Shown: piece by piece, positions 38,912-49,634 of the stretch | Layout of the letters: the number at the start of each line of letters is the position of its first letter | Numbering within the stretch: position 1 is the first letter of the stretch | Notes under the pieces: model-generated | What the model saw: the letters and a program-made list of their open reading frames with translations, nothing else | The model's database searches: none | What the model was told of the DNA's origin: nothing | Translations under genes and position numbers: made by a program | DNA from: Longimicrobiales bacterium | GTDB lineage: Bacteria; Gemmatimonadota; Gemmatimonadetes; Longimicrobiales; Gaopeijiaceae | DNA length: 64,000 nucleotides | Direction of reading: 5' to 3' | NCBI GenBank assembly: GCA_965238005.1 | Contig: OZ250165.1 | Location: 3,424,001 to 3,488,000 of the forward strand

Positions 38912-39514
38912 ATGCGACCTTGGTCCCGAGCCACTGTCGAGGAGTACCGCCGACTAACCCTTCGTGCTCACAGCCTCCTGGCCGATGTGCCTCTACACGA
39001 TGTCTGGCGAGTTGCCCTTCCGGGCGGGAGCCCCTCGTGCACCATGCAGGATGTTCGCTCCGTGTTGCACGCCGCGAGGAGGTCACAGCCTCTGAGCCCT
39101 CCGGTTCGTGCCCTCTTTGCCCTCCGCTGGTTGCTGGGGCGTTTGTTTCGATGGGATGGTCCTCTGTCGGAGCCAGAGGAGTGGTCTTTTCGAACGCGGC
39201 TCACCGAGGCTGATCGCCAGCAGTCGAGCGTGAAGCCGGGTACGCTCGATGGGCCGTTCGCCGTCCTGTACGTTCACGCGACGGAGGCAGTCAGTGAGAT
39301 CCGGAACGCGACGTTCCACGCCTTCCTAGTCTGGGCGCTGGAGCCAGCGCCGGATGGCTATCAGCTCTTCTGGGCGATTCACGTCCTCCCGGTCAGCGTC
39401 TGGACAAAGCCTTATCTGGCGCTGATCGATCCCTTCCGCCGCTGGTTGGTGTACCCGTCGTTGTTGCGCCGCATCCATGAAGCGTGGTCCCGCGAGTTCA
39501 AGTCTGCTGCCTAG
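38912..39514 (+). CDS. DUF2867-like protein (cassette)
   Basis: VPLHDVW, ALFALRWLLGRLFRWD, YLALIDPFRRWLVYP. Confidence 0.7.
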   Translation: MRPWSRATVEEYRRLTLRAHSLLADVPLHDVWRVALPGGSPSCTMQDVRSVLHAARRSQPLSPPVRALFALRWLLGRLFRWDGPLSEPEEWSFRTRLTEADRQQSSVKPGTLDGPFAVLYVHATEAVSEIRNATFHAFLVWALEPAPDGYQLFWAIHVLPVSVWTKPYLALIDPFRRWLVYPSLLRRIHEAWSREFKSAA

Positions 39515-39696
39515 TGTTCCGTTTCCGGAGTTCGCGAGCCACCAAGAGGGTCGGGGCGCCGTGGGATCAAGGCGGGACGACGCGGCGTAGCGCAAGCGGG
39601 CACCGCGCGAAGCGTAGTCGCAAGGAGTCCCAACGCCGAGCCCACGGATGCACCGTGTCCTCGACTGGCCGAGACACTTTGGTAACGGGACACTAG
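39511..39696. mobile_element. CTAG-flanked MITE inserted in an attC R'' box
   Basis: CTAG-TGTTCCGTTTCC...GGTAACGGGACA-CTAG; removal gives GCCTAGCAAGCGATCACTGCTG...CAGCAG. Confidence 0.82.
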
Positions 39697-40140
39697 CAAG
39701 CGATCACTGCTGGCGCGGAGGACTCCCGAGTCGCACACTGCGTGGGCGGTCAGCTGCGAGGCGCGCAGCAGAGCCAGAGGCACGCATCGTGTGCCGGTGA
39801 CGACCGACCTCAAGAAGAACGGATGGTTCGAGGAGGAGGTCTTGCCGATGCTCCGGGAGCGAGTGAGGCAACTGGTTCTCTAAATCTGGGGCCCGAGTCA
39901 ATGGAGGGAACTGATCGATACGCATGGTCGCTGCTATTCGGACGAGGATTTCGCGCTCATTCTCCAGCGAGCGGCAGAACTGCAGGACCGAGCTGGTGGG
40001 GCTGCTGCCAATTGCCGGACCGGACCGACGGTGCGTCGACCACCGCTGGTCGCCGGAGGCATCGTCATCGATTCCCTGCAACCGGCCTCCCTCTTGGAGG
40101 GGCTCCGAGAAGAGATCGCCCGGTACCTGTTTCGTTGGCC

Positions 40141-40185
40141 GCCTAACCAGCGCCTGCTACTGACGCAACTTGAGGGTCGCGTGCG
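40141..40185 (+). other. attC left-half remnant
   Basis: GCCTAACcagcgcctgctactg...gggtcgcg. Confidence 0.65.
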
Positions 40186-40188
40186 AAC

Positions 40189-40824
40189 ATGACGAGCACT
40201 TTGACGAGACGTCGGGAAGAGCTCGCGAATAGTCTTAGCCATGGCGTTGGCCTCATTTGCGCCGTGGCGGCCACGCCGGTTCTCATCATCGGCACCGTGA
40301 ACCGCGGGGGCGCGGCCGGCGTGGTCGGCAGCAGCGTCTTCGGGGCGACGATGGTGCTGCTCTATCTGTCGTCCACTTGGTATCACGCTGTGCCGGAGGG
40401 CCAACTCAAGGACCGTCTTCACAAGCTCGACCATGCCGCGATCTACCTACTCATCGCCGGCAGCTACACGCCCTTCACTCTGGGTGTCCTGGGCGGGGCA
40501 TGGGGATGGACCCTGTTCGGTATCGTGTGGGGCGCCGCCGCAATCGGAGTGTGTGAGAAGCTGATCTCCGGAATTCGCTATCCGCGGCTGTCCACCGCCC
40601 TGTACTTGATCCTGGGTTGGTCGGTCGTGATCGTGATTCGACCGTTGGTGCTCAATATGCCACCCCAGGGAGTAGGGTGGCTCGTTGCCGGGGGCCTCTC
40701 GTACACGGCAGGCGTGGTGTTCTATATCGCCCGCCGCCTTCCGTACCACCACCTCATTTGGCACCTGTTCGTGCTGGCCGGCTCAACCTGCCACTTCTTT
40801 GCGGTCCTGTGGTACGCGGCATAA
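40189..40824 (+). CDS. Hemolysin III / PAQR family membrane protein
   Basis: EELANSLSHG, LDHAAIYLLIAGSYTPF, HLIWHLFVLAGS. Confidence 0.93.
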   Translation: MTSTLTRRREELANSLSHGVGLICAVAATPVLIIGTVNRGGAAGVVGSSVFGATMVLLYLSSTWYHAVPEGQLKDRLHKLDHAAIYLLIAGSYTPFTLGVLGGAWGWTLFGIVWGAAAIGVCEKLISGIRYPRLSTALYLILGWSVVIVIRPLVLNMPPQGVGWLVAGGLSYTAGVVFYIARRLPYHHLIWHLFVLAGSTCHFFAVLWYAA

Positions 40825-41170
40825 GCGCGAATTCGTTAGCTAGAACTGGTGTGGGACACCACACTAGATCTTCGTCTGAGATCTCTGTTCCAGAGGAGAA
40901 GCCTGTGGATACCAAGTATCGCCGCACTGCAAACGTAGTGGGTGCTGCCTTGAGTCATCTTGCCAATGAGTAACCATCCTCGAGAGCGGTAGAGTCAACT
41001 CCAGGTAGCGATCCGTGATCCCACGGGTCGAATCGCTGTGGCCGGCGAGCCTGGGCGGCAAAAGGCGACTCGCGATGGGCACTAGGGTCCCTCGCGCTCG
41101 CCTTGCAGCCCCCGCCGAAAACGGACACTCTGGTCGCGCGCAGTAGAGCCACCCCGATCTCGAGCATGTC

Positions 41171-41581
41171 ATGTCGCCTGAGTTCCCCACGGAGGACGTC
41201 GAGCTCACGCACCTCCTCGTCGTCGCCGATGTCACACGGGCTTGCGCTTTCTACACCGACGTTCTTGGCGCCCAGCTGTTTCGGGAGTACGGTGGCACAT
41301 CCGCCGTGCTCCAGTTCCAGGGCAACTGGCTGCTACTTGTCACGGGAGGCGGGCCGGCGGAGGACAAGCCCGACGTGGTCTTCGCTCCGCCGGACGACCC
41401 AAATCGGGTCAGTCATCAGCTCACGATGCGGGTTCCCGATTGTCGGGGCGCCTACGAGGTGCTGAAGTCTAGGGGCGCCGAATTCCTGGCGCCTCCGGTA
41501 GACCGGGGCGACGAGATCCGCTGTTTTTTTCGAGATCCGGATGGACATCTCCTGGAGATCAGCGAGCTGACACGAGGGTGA
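41171..41581 (+). CDS. VOC/glyoxalase protein
   Basis: FYTDVLGA, CFFRDPDGHLLEISE. Confidence 0.9.
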   Translation: MSPEFPTEDVELTHLLVVADVTRACAFYTDVLGAQLFREYGGTSAVLQFQGNWLLLVTGGGPAEDKPDVVFAPPDDPNRVSHQLTMRVPDCRGAYEVLKSRGAEFLAPPVDRGDEIRCFFRDPDGHLLEISELTRG

Positions 41582-41716
41582 GCGCGTGCCGGAGACGACC
41601 GAGCGCGGCGACGCATGCCGGGTCGGCCGCAAGTCCGCTTCAGGGGCCGCCAAGGACTTGTGGCGAGGGGTTCAGGGACGGCCGCTAAGTACGGCAATCC
41701 GGAATTGGGAGCGAGA

Positions 41717-41938
41717 ATGCGAAGCATCGTCAGTATCTCCGCGACTAGTCGACCCGACAACTACACTGCCAGGGCCCTGGCGATCGTGAATGACGAGCTG
41801 GGCCACCGCGAACGTCCGCCAACCGTTTTCGATGCCCGTGATCTATCCCTCTCCTTCCCACCCTCTCCTTCCCAGGACACCCACCGACGGAGGACGCTGA
41901 CCGACTACGATCGGCCGTCGAAGGGTCCTTGGGAGTAG
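41717..41938 (+). pseudogene. NADPH-dependent FMN reductase N-terminal fragment
   Basis: IVSISATSRPDNYTARAL...FDARDLSL. Confidence 0.55.
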
Positions 41939-42131
41939 CTATTGCTCGAGCAGCTACGTGTGTCTGCTCTAACGTCGGGGCTCTCGTACTTCCGGGGGGC
42001 GTCTCGGTCGCCGGTGTGCGTGCGGCGTTCGACGATGAAGGTGGGCCCTGGACATCAACGATCTGATCGGAGGCAGTCACCCCTGCTGTGGCGGGGAGCG
42101 GGTCGCGCTTCTCTCTTATGGACTGCATCTT

Positions 42132-42813
42132 GATGCGCATGAAGGTACTTCGCCCCGCCCAACGTCAGGGGCAGACCGCACCTGCAGATCTGATCGATCT
42201 CCACCGGCGCGTTTTCGCGCAGGCGACACGGATCGCAGCGCTGATCCTGGCTGCGGTGTTCCTCGAGGGGTGGGAGCTAGGTGCGCAGGACCGCCGTGAG
42301 CTGGTCATTTCGGACTCGGTCGGGCTCCGGACACCTCCCACCATCTCCCCCCGGAGCGGATTGCCCGGCACCCAGGTGACGGTCAGCGCCATACACCTAC
42401 CGGCCATCACGCCGGTACAGATCGGCATCGGGGCCACCGGCGTGGGCTTCGAGGTCCTTGATCAACTCATGACCAGTCCGGAAGGCCAGATCACGCACAC
42501 GGTCCGGATCCCTGGCTGGGCAAGCCGCGACCGGTCGCACGTCTTCATCGTCTTCGACATCTACTTCCGGCCGCTGTCGCTGTCGGGCCCGTTTCATGTT
42601 ACCGACCGCAACGGCCTCTTCACGAGAGCAGGGCGAATCACGAGACGGGATTCAGTGTGCACAACGATGCTCGCAGACGACGGCGAGTCGTATTCGCTGA
42701 CGGGGGACATCCGTGAGCTCGAACCCGAGGACGAAGTGATCGTGGAGGGAGCGCTCGCCGAGTCTTCCCAGTGCACTCAGGGGATCGCAATTGACGTGGT
42801 ACGGATTCGCTAG
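42132..42813 (+). CDS. Hypothetical secreted beta-rich protein (start uncertain)
   Basis: Signal-like helix; ISPRSGLPGTQVTV; C-terminal C...C domain. Confidence 0.6.
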
Positions 42814-42903
42814 CTCTAGAGGCCGGTTTCTGCCATCCTGGAGAAGATGGTATTCCTGGCGGCCAAGAAAGCACTCTAGGAGTCTCACAGGCCACGCGAG
42901 CGC

Positions 42904-43242
42904 ATGCCCTACGAGACCAACGGCCTGGACAACGTCGCGCGCAGGACCCGGTATCTGTCGGACTACCTGAAGGATCGGCTGTCAGCCATGGCAGGAGTCA
43001 CGCTGCTGAGCGGAAGCACGCCTCAGACGTCCTGCCCCGGCTCGACGATCTTCGAGATGGAGGGGGTGGACGCCATGGCCCTCGTTCCCGTCATGGACGA
43101 ACGGCACTCCATCCACATCGACGAGCACCAGAGAGACCGCCACAACGCCATCCGGGTATCAACCCACATCTACAACGCCAGAGCCGAGATCGACCGCCTC
43201 GTCGCCGCACTCGGAAGCCTCACATCCGGAAGCTTCACATGA
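42904..43242 (+). pseudogene. Class V aminotransferase C-terminal fragment
   Basis: IRVSTHIYN...EIDRLV; PLP-binding domain absent. Confidence 0.65.
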
Positions 43243-43267
43243 GTCGGAAGCTTCACATAGGGAAGAG

Positions 43268-43522
43268 ATGATGCCGATCTACGAATACTCCTGCAAAGAA
43301 TGTGAGAATCAGTTCGAGGAGTTGGTGCGTGGGGACGAGACACCACAGTGCCCCTCGTGCGGGAGCGAGAATCTGGAGAGGCTCGTCTCCCTCCCCAGAG
43401 TGCAGTCCGAGAGCACGAAAGACATGAGCATGAGAGCCGCCAAGAAGCGAGACGCGGAGCAGGCCAGGGACCGCTTGCACGACCGGTTACACTACGAAAG
43501 AAGTCACGATCGACACGGGTGA
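43268..43522 (+). CDS. FmdB-family zinc ribbon protein
   Basis: MPIYEYSCKEC...CPSCGS. Confidence 0.9.
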   Translation: MMPIYEYSCKECENQFEELVRGDETPQCPSCGSENLERLVSLPRVQSESTKDMSMRAAKKRDAEQARDRLHDRLHYERSHDRHG

Positions 43523-43539
43523 GCCCTTCGGGAGCGAAC

Positions 43540-44049
43540 ATGGACGCGTCGCTCGAGATGCCTGACCGGCCTCCCATCGATCCCCGAGTCGACATCGGGC
43601 ACGTGCACCTGAAGGTCGCCGACATCGAGCGATCTCTGGGCTTCTATCGTGATGTCCTCGGATTCGAGCTTGTCCAGCGGATGGGCCCTGACTCCGCGTT
43701 CATCAGCGCCGGAGGCTATCATCACCACATCGGCCTCAACACGTGGGAGAGCCGGGGCGGCGAAGCAGCTCCCCGAGGCTCCACCGGGCTCTACCATCTG
43801 GCGATCCGTTACCCGGACCGGGCTACCCTGGCCGACGCCTATCGTCGCCTTCTCGATGTCGGGATCCCTCTCGACGGAGCCGCGGATCACGGCGTCAGCG
43901 AAGCTCTTTATCTGAGCGACCCGGACGGCAACGGCGTGGAGCTCTACCGGGATCGACCCGTGGAGGAGTGGCCACGGGATCCCGACGGCGAGCTCACCAT
44001 GTACACGCACCCCCTCGACCTGGAGAGCCTGAGGCTCGAGCGTCCGTAG
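43540..44049 (+). CDS. VOC family protein (catechol 2,3-dioxygenase-like)
   Basis: IGHVHLKV, GGYHHHIGLNTW, DHGVSEALY. Confidence 0.9.
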   Translation: MDASLEMPDRPPIDPRVDIGHVHLKVADIERSLGFYRDVLGFELVQRMGPDSAFISAGGYHHHIGLNTWESRGGEAAPRGSTGLYHLAIRYPDRATLADAYRRLLDVGIPLDGAADHGVSEALYLSDPDGNGVELYRDRPVEEWPRDPDGELTMYTHPLDLESLRLERP

Positions 44050-44161
44050 GCTTGGTGCCCGCCAGGGACTGTGCCCACCGGGCTTCCGTCTCTACCCTGG
44101 TGCCCCCCGCCGACCCCGTGTCGGTGGCGTTGGAATTGGACGTGTGACCAGGAGGACTCCG

Positions 44162-45112
44162 ATGTCCGAAAAGAAGATAATAGTGGTGGCAGGTGCGACC
44201 CGTGCCCAGGGCGGCGGTCTCGTCCGAGCGATATTGAATGACCCCGACGGGCCCTTCACCGCCCGTGCCCTCACGAGGAATGTCGATTCGGACAATGCCC
44301 AGGCGCTCGCTGCGGCCGGCGCCGAGGTCGTAGCCGCCGACTACGACGACCCCGAAAGCCTCAACCGGGCGTTTGCCGGGGGGTACGGCGCCTACCTCGT
44401 CACCAACTTCTGGGAGCACTTCTCTCCCGAGAAGGAGATAGCGCAGGCGACGGCCCTCGCCGATGCTGCGCAGCAGGCGGGCATCCAGCATGTCATCTGG
44501 TCCACCCTGGATGACACGCGCAAGTGGGTGCCGCTCGATGACGACCGCATGCCCACGCTGATGGGCAAGTACAAGGTCCCGCACTTCGACGCAAAGGGCG
44601 AAGCGGACGCGCTGTTCAGCGCCCGTGGACTGCCGACCACCCTTCTGCAGACCTGCTTCTACTGGGAGAACTTCATCTTCTCCGGGAGTGGTCCGGTGAG
44701 GGGCGAGGACGGCAAGCTGGCCATCACCTTCCCCATGGACGACAAGAAGCTGCCTGGCATCGGCGTAGAGGACATCGGCAAATGCGCCTACGGGATCTTC
44801 AAGAAGGGGCCAGAGCTCATCGGTGAGACGGTGGGCATCGCCGGCGAGCACCTCACGGGCGACCAAATGGCCGCCGCCCTGAGCGAGGCCATCGGTGAGG
44901 AGGTGGGATGCAACGCCGTGTCCCCGGAGATGTACCGGAGCTTCGACTTCCCGGGGGCGGAGGATCTGGGCAACATGTTCCAGTTCCACCGGGACTTCGA
45001 GGAGATGTACTGTGCGTCGAGGAACGTGGAAGGGGCGCGAGCCCTGAATCCAGAGCTCCAGAACTTCTCGGAGTGGCTCGCCGTGAACGGAAGCCGAGTC
45101 CCCATCGAGTAG
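44162..45112 (+). CDS. NmrA/HSCARG family protein
   Basis: VAGAT.AQGG, VTNFWE, VPHFDAKGE. Confidence 0.92.
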   Translation: MSEKKIIVVAGATRAQGGGLVRAILNDPDGPFTARALTRNVDSDNAQALAAAGAEVVAADYDDPESLNRAFAGGYGAYLVTNFWEHFSPEKEIAQATALADAAQQAGIQHVIWSTLDDTRKWVPLDDDRMPTLMGKYKVPHFDAKGEADALFSARGLPTTLLQTCFYWENFIFSGSGPVRGEDGKLAITFPMDDKKLPGIGVEDIGKCAYGIFKKGPELIGETVGIAGEHLTGDQMAAALSEAIGEEVGCNAVSPEMYRSFDFPGAEDLGNMFQFHRDFEEMYCASRNVEGARALNPELQNFSEWLAVNGSRVPIE

Positions 45113-45129
45113 ACAAGACGACCTCGATC

Positions 45130-45376
45130 GTGGACGTGCGCTCGGCCACCGTCGCGGATATACCGGCCCTGGCCGCCCTCATCGAGGCGTCGGTTCGTGG
45201 CCTCGGGCCACCGCACTGCGACCCACGGCAGATCGAGAGCTCCCATCCATTTGGAGGCCGGATTCAAGCGAGACAGGTCATTCGACCGCGGGCTTGCAGA
45301 GGCACTGGAAAGCCTGGGCGAGCACGTGGGAGCCGACCGACTCGACCTCCCCAACGGCTGGCGACAGATGGTGTAA
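45130..45376 (+). pseudogene. GNAT-like N-terminal scrap joined to an unrelated C-terminal scrap
   Basis: VRSATVADIPALAALIEASVRGL, then loss of frame. Confidence 0.4.
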
Positions 45377-45387
45377 CTCGTCCGCGG

Positions 45388-46962
45388 TCAATCGTGGAAC
45401 GTGGCCGGGGTGTCGGGAGGCGAGTCCTGCGCCCCCGTGAGTCGCGCCCGGAACTCGGATTCCCTCTCAGGGGACAGCGCCGTGAATAACGATACGGCAG
45501 GAACCACGAGCAGCGGGACCACCGTAGTCACGTAGGCCGGATCGAGCCCTTCCCCGTGGCTGGTCAACAGAGAAACGAGCAGCCGAACCGGAGCGGACGC
45601 TCCTTCGGGCGCCTGGAGATCGATCCACAGGGCCCATTTGATCAACACGAACCAGATCCCTCCGGCACCATAACCGGCCAGCATCCCCCAATAGGCGCCC
45701 GGCTCCGTGGTGCGGCGCCAGTAGAGCACGTAGGCCACGGAGATGGCGGCAGGGACCACCATGGCGAACGCGAACAGGAGCAGATCAAGTATGGAGACCC
45801 GGGTGCTCGTGGCGATCCACCAAGCGATCAGCGCTGAGATCAGGGCGTATCCCACCGTGACCGTCCGGTAGGCGCGGAGCCTTCGCGCTGACGAATAGGT
45901 GCTGGCCGAGGGGATCCAATCGCGAACGAACATGGTGGCGCTGGAGAGGAGGATCGGTCCACCCGACGAGATGACCGCTGCCAGGACGGCCGCCAGAGCG
46001 ATCCCGCCCATGACCGGACTGATCTCCGCGGCCAGGGTGGTGAGATTTCGGTAGCCGGCCAACCCGGAGTCGGTTCCGTAGCGAGCCACAGTGAGGATGC
46101 CGATCAGCCCCGCGAGGACCGGCATGAGGGCGGCTATGGCGCCACCGGCGATAAATGCCGGCGCGAGGCTCCGCTCTGACCGCGTCGCGGTGGAGTAGTT
46201 TGCGTAGATGGACGCGGCCGGTGAGTGGACCGTAGCCGAGAAGAACATGGCCAGGATCGCTATCCACCCCCCACCCGCGAACCCCCACCAGGCCTCTCGG
46301 GCGCTGGACGACGAAGCGAGTTGTGCGTTCACCCGCTCGGTCACGACGTCCCAGCCGCCGAGCTCGCGCACCCCCAAGACCCCCACGGCCAAGAGGGACG
46401 CCAGGATCACCGTGCAATGGATGACGTTGGTGACCGCGGTGCCCCACAGACCACCCAGAGACACGTACGTCGCCAGGATCAGGGCGGCGATGAGCGTGCC
46501 GTGCAGCATGGAGAGGGGCGTGAGAGTGCTGATGATCACGCCGATTACGTACGCTTCGATGACGTTGACGATGGCGTACTCGGTCTGCACACACAGGCTC
46601 GTGAGCCACTGGCACCGCTTCGAGCCGAAGCGGATCAAGAACAGCTCGCCCACAGTCTGGAGACCAAGTCGCCGGTAGTAGACCGCGAAGGCTAGACCCA
46701 CGAGGACCAGGGCGGCGAACGAGCTGATCCCGTACCACCACATGTTCCAGACACCGCCGGTCACGACGTTCCCGGCTACGCCGTAGGTGCCGGCACCCCC
46801 GATGCGCGCGCCTGCCAGCCCGAACGCCACGAGCACTCCAGACATGCCCCCGCCAGCCACGGCCCAGTCGCTCGAGCCTTTGGATCGTCGGGCCATGAGG
46901 CCCCCGACGGCCGTGACGCCGACCAGGTAGAGGACGATGACAGTGACGGCGACGTTGTCCAA
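45388..46962 (-). CDS. Sodium:solute symporter family protein
   Basis: DWAVAGG, YVSLGGLWGTAVTN, LAAVISS; ~13 TM. Confidence 0.9.
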   Translation of the reverse strand: MDNVAVTVIVLYLVGVTAVGGLMARRSKGSSDWAVAGGGMSGVLVAFGLAGARIGGAGTYGVAGNVVTGGVWNMWWYGISSFAALVLVGLAFAVYYRRLGLQTVGELFLIRFGSKRCQWLTSLCVQTEYAIVNVIEAYVIGVIISTLTPLSMLHGTLIAALILATYVSLGGLWGTAVTNVIHCTVILASLLAVGVLGVRELGGWDVVTERVNAQLASSSSAREAWWGFAGGGWIAILAMFFSATVHSPAASIYANYSTATRSERSLAPAFIAGGAIAALMPVLAGLIGILTVARYGTDSGLAGYRNLTTLAAEISPVMGGIALAAVLAAVISSGGPILLSSATMFVRDWIPSASTYSSARRLRAYRTVTVGYALISALIAWWIATSTRVSILDLLLFAFAMVVPAAISVAYVLYWRRTTEPGAYWGMLAGYGAGGIWFVLIKWALWIDLQAPEGASAPVRLLVSLLTSHGEGLDPAYVTTVVPLLVVPAVSLFTALSPERESEFRARLTGAQDSPPDTPATFHD

Positions 46963-47221
46963 TCAAGCTCCCGTCTTGGGAGGATTCGCCCATCGAGCAC
47001 GGGGATAGCGTCTCGGCCCGGGGGCAGCGACTCGGGCGGGTTGGATAACCTTCGGGGAGTCGGTTTGCAACCGGGCGTCCGCCCACCGCTGACGCGAGAA
47101 GCTGCACGCACCAGACGATGGAGCCGACGGATCGGCCGGGTGTGGGACCCTCGGGCACCGTCGGGGTATTGGGTTGTCGCGGTGACACCCACGTTCACTT
47201 GCCCTGAGGTACCGGCCGATC

Positions 47222-49618
47222 ATGTCTACGCCTTCGCCCCTGGAAGATTTTCCCTTCGGAACCCGCCTGAGCCTGGCACGCCTCATCGACTTCTGGGAGC
47301 GCCAGGATGAGGATCCGAGCTCCTTGCATGCGCCCCTGGCCCGGGTGATCGTCGAGCGGCTCGAAGAGGCTCCGGAGCTCCGAGGGATCATCGACGACCG
47401 CTCGGTGCTGGAGCCGCACCGGGAGCTCATCGACCTCATGATGACCGCCATGGTCCCGGCGGGTCGGCGTGACGACTACTACGCCACAGCCGGCGAGCCC
47501 TTCAACATGCTCCCCTTCTACCAGACGCCGGCATGGCGGCGGGTCGGGCTGGGCGAAGCCGAACGCTTCATGGAGCGGCTCGACATACCGCCGGACCAAT
47601 TTGCCTTGTCGAAGCTCATGTGGGCCTACGAGTTTCTTCTCGGGAAGTGGTTGGGCGTCGAGGCGAATCTCCAGCACGCCCTCGTCATGACCGTACACGA
47701 CGAGGATGTCGGGCTGGACAGACACTTTTCGTTGAGCCCCGATCCTCGGTTCGTGTCGGTGAGGCTCGTTCGTGACATCGAGAAGCCGTCCTCGGAGGAC
47801 ATCGCAAGCCTGCTGGCCGAGCCGACCAACCTCGACCTCTGGACCGAGCTGCTCCCTCCGAACGCCTTCGAGTTCGATGGGATGACGGTGATCACAGCGG
47901 TGGACGTGACGCCGCACGAAGTGATCTCGCGACTCAAGAACGACCTCATCGAGAAGGATTCAATGGCGTCGCCCGAGAAGGTCGATCGGCTCCAGCATCG
48001 GATCCGCAATCTCCTGGGTTGCCCGGAGCTCAGCCTCGGCCTGATCGCCTTCGACCGGCGCGCCGACGTCGAAGCGATCGAGGGAGCGAGGGCGGTGGGC
48101 AAGAGCCTACTCCTCTGCGACGAATGCGCCCCCATCTGCCGGAACCGAGCCAATTCCCACTACGCGGGAGTCTTCCAGGGAGCGGACCCCATCATCGTTC
48201 AGGATCTGAAGAGGTCGAGGATACGCACCGGTTACGAGCACCACCTTCGGCAGCACGGGCACCGTAGCCTCCTTCTCTACCCTCTCCACGTCGGGGACCA
48301 ACTGGTCGGGCTCATGGAGCTCGCCTCGCCCAAGCCCGGAGACCTCAACGCCTTCAACGCCGGCGACTGGTGGACGTCGTCCCGCTCTTCGCCACCACAC
48401 TCAAGCGCAACCTGGACGAGCTCGAGGATCATGTGCAGAGCGTCATCAAGCGGAAATACACGGCGATCCACTCGGCTGTAGAATGGCGTTTTCGCGAGGC
48501 CGCCCTGCACTACCTGGAGGAGAAGGAGCGCGGGGAGGTTAGCCCCGAGCTCGAGCAGATCGTCTTTCATGACGTGTACCCACTCTACGGCCTGGTCGAC
48601 ATGCGCGACTCGTCGCGGATACGCAACGAGGCGATTCGGGTCGACCTCGGCGACCAGCTCAAGCTGGCCCTGGACGTGATCAATGCCGTCGGGCAGATCC
48701 GACCGCTTCCCGCGCTGGAAGAAGTGGGATACCTGCTGGCGCGGCATCTCGACGGTATCGAAAGCGAACCGGTCGGCTGACGAATCAGGAATCTTGGAGC
48801 TACTCCGGCATGACGTGGAGCCGCTCTTCGGACAACTCGAGAACTACGGGAGTGATGTGGCGGAGCGTGTGGCCGCCTATCGCGCGGCACTCGACGGAGA
48901 CCTGAACATCGTCTATCGCCGCCGCAAGGACTTCGAAGAGAGCGTGGCGGCCTTGAACGAGACTATCTCGATGACGCTGGACGCGGAGGAAGAGCGAGCA
49001 CAGGCCATGTTCCCCCACTTCTTCGAGAAGTTCAGGACGGACGGCGTGGACCACAGCATATACATCGGTCCTGCGCTGCACGAGGACGGGCTCTTCGATG
49101 AGCTCTATCTGCGAAACCTCCGGATCTGGCAGCTCATGACGACCTGCCGGATCGAGTGGGAACTCGCCCGCGTCAAGACCGACATGCCCGTGCCCCTGGA
49201 GGCGACCCACCTTATCCTCGTCCAGCATCAGCCGCTCTCGATCAGGTTCCGCATCGACGAGAAGCGCTTCGACGTGGACGGGGCGTACGACATCCGCTAC
49301 GAGATCGTCAAGAAGCGGATCGACAAGGCCCGCATCCGCGGGACAAACGAACGCGTAACCCAGCCGGGCCAGCTCGCCATCGTGTACTCGACGGCCAGTG
49401 AGGCCGCCGAGTACAGGAGATACGTCGAGTTCCTTCAGAGCAAGGGCTACTTCGGCCCGGGGTTGGAGGAGCTGGAGCTGGAGGACCTCCCGGGCATCTC
49501 CGGTCTCAAGGCGCTGCGAGTCGCCATCGCGAGCAAAGGCGAGATCGATGAGTCGGCCCCGCCGGCTCGACCCTCGGCCCGGGAGATCGAGACGGTCCTC
49601 ACCGGAGACCAGGCCTAG
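47222..49618 (+). pseudogene. GAF-domain-containing protein, two frameshifts
   Basis: Three overlapping ORFs; YTAIHSAVEWRF, FEKFRTDGVDH, FDVDGAYDIRYEIVKKRIDKA. Confidence 0.75.
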
Positions 49619-49634
49619 GAGCCTGGCGCGGACC

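Larger units (their letters stand above)
18854..42000 (+). mobile_element. Integron cassette array (decaying; distal end approximate)
   Basis: Recurrent attC motif RYYTAAC-aagcgattgctgctg...cagcagaatcgc-gagac-GTTRRRY; complementary R'/R'' pairs flank individual genes. Confidence 0.88.

Noticed and set aside
18854..42000. attC repeats as a CRISPR array
   Set aside because: Repeats are degenerate ~100-bp hairpins separated by genes, and no cas genes are present.
41967..42030. CTCTAAC as another attC
   Set aside because: No L boxes or matching R' found.
43227..43259. Direct repeat CGGAAGCTTCACAT x2
   Set aside because: A short local duplication with no associated element.
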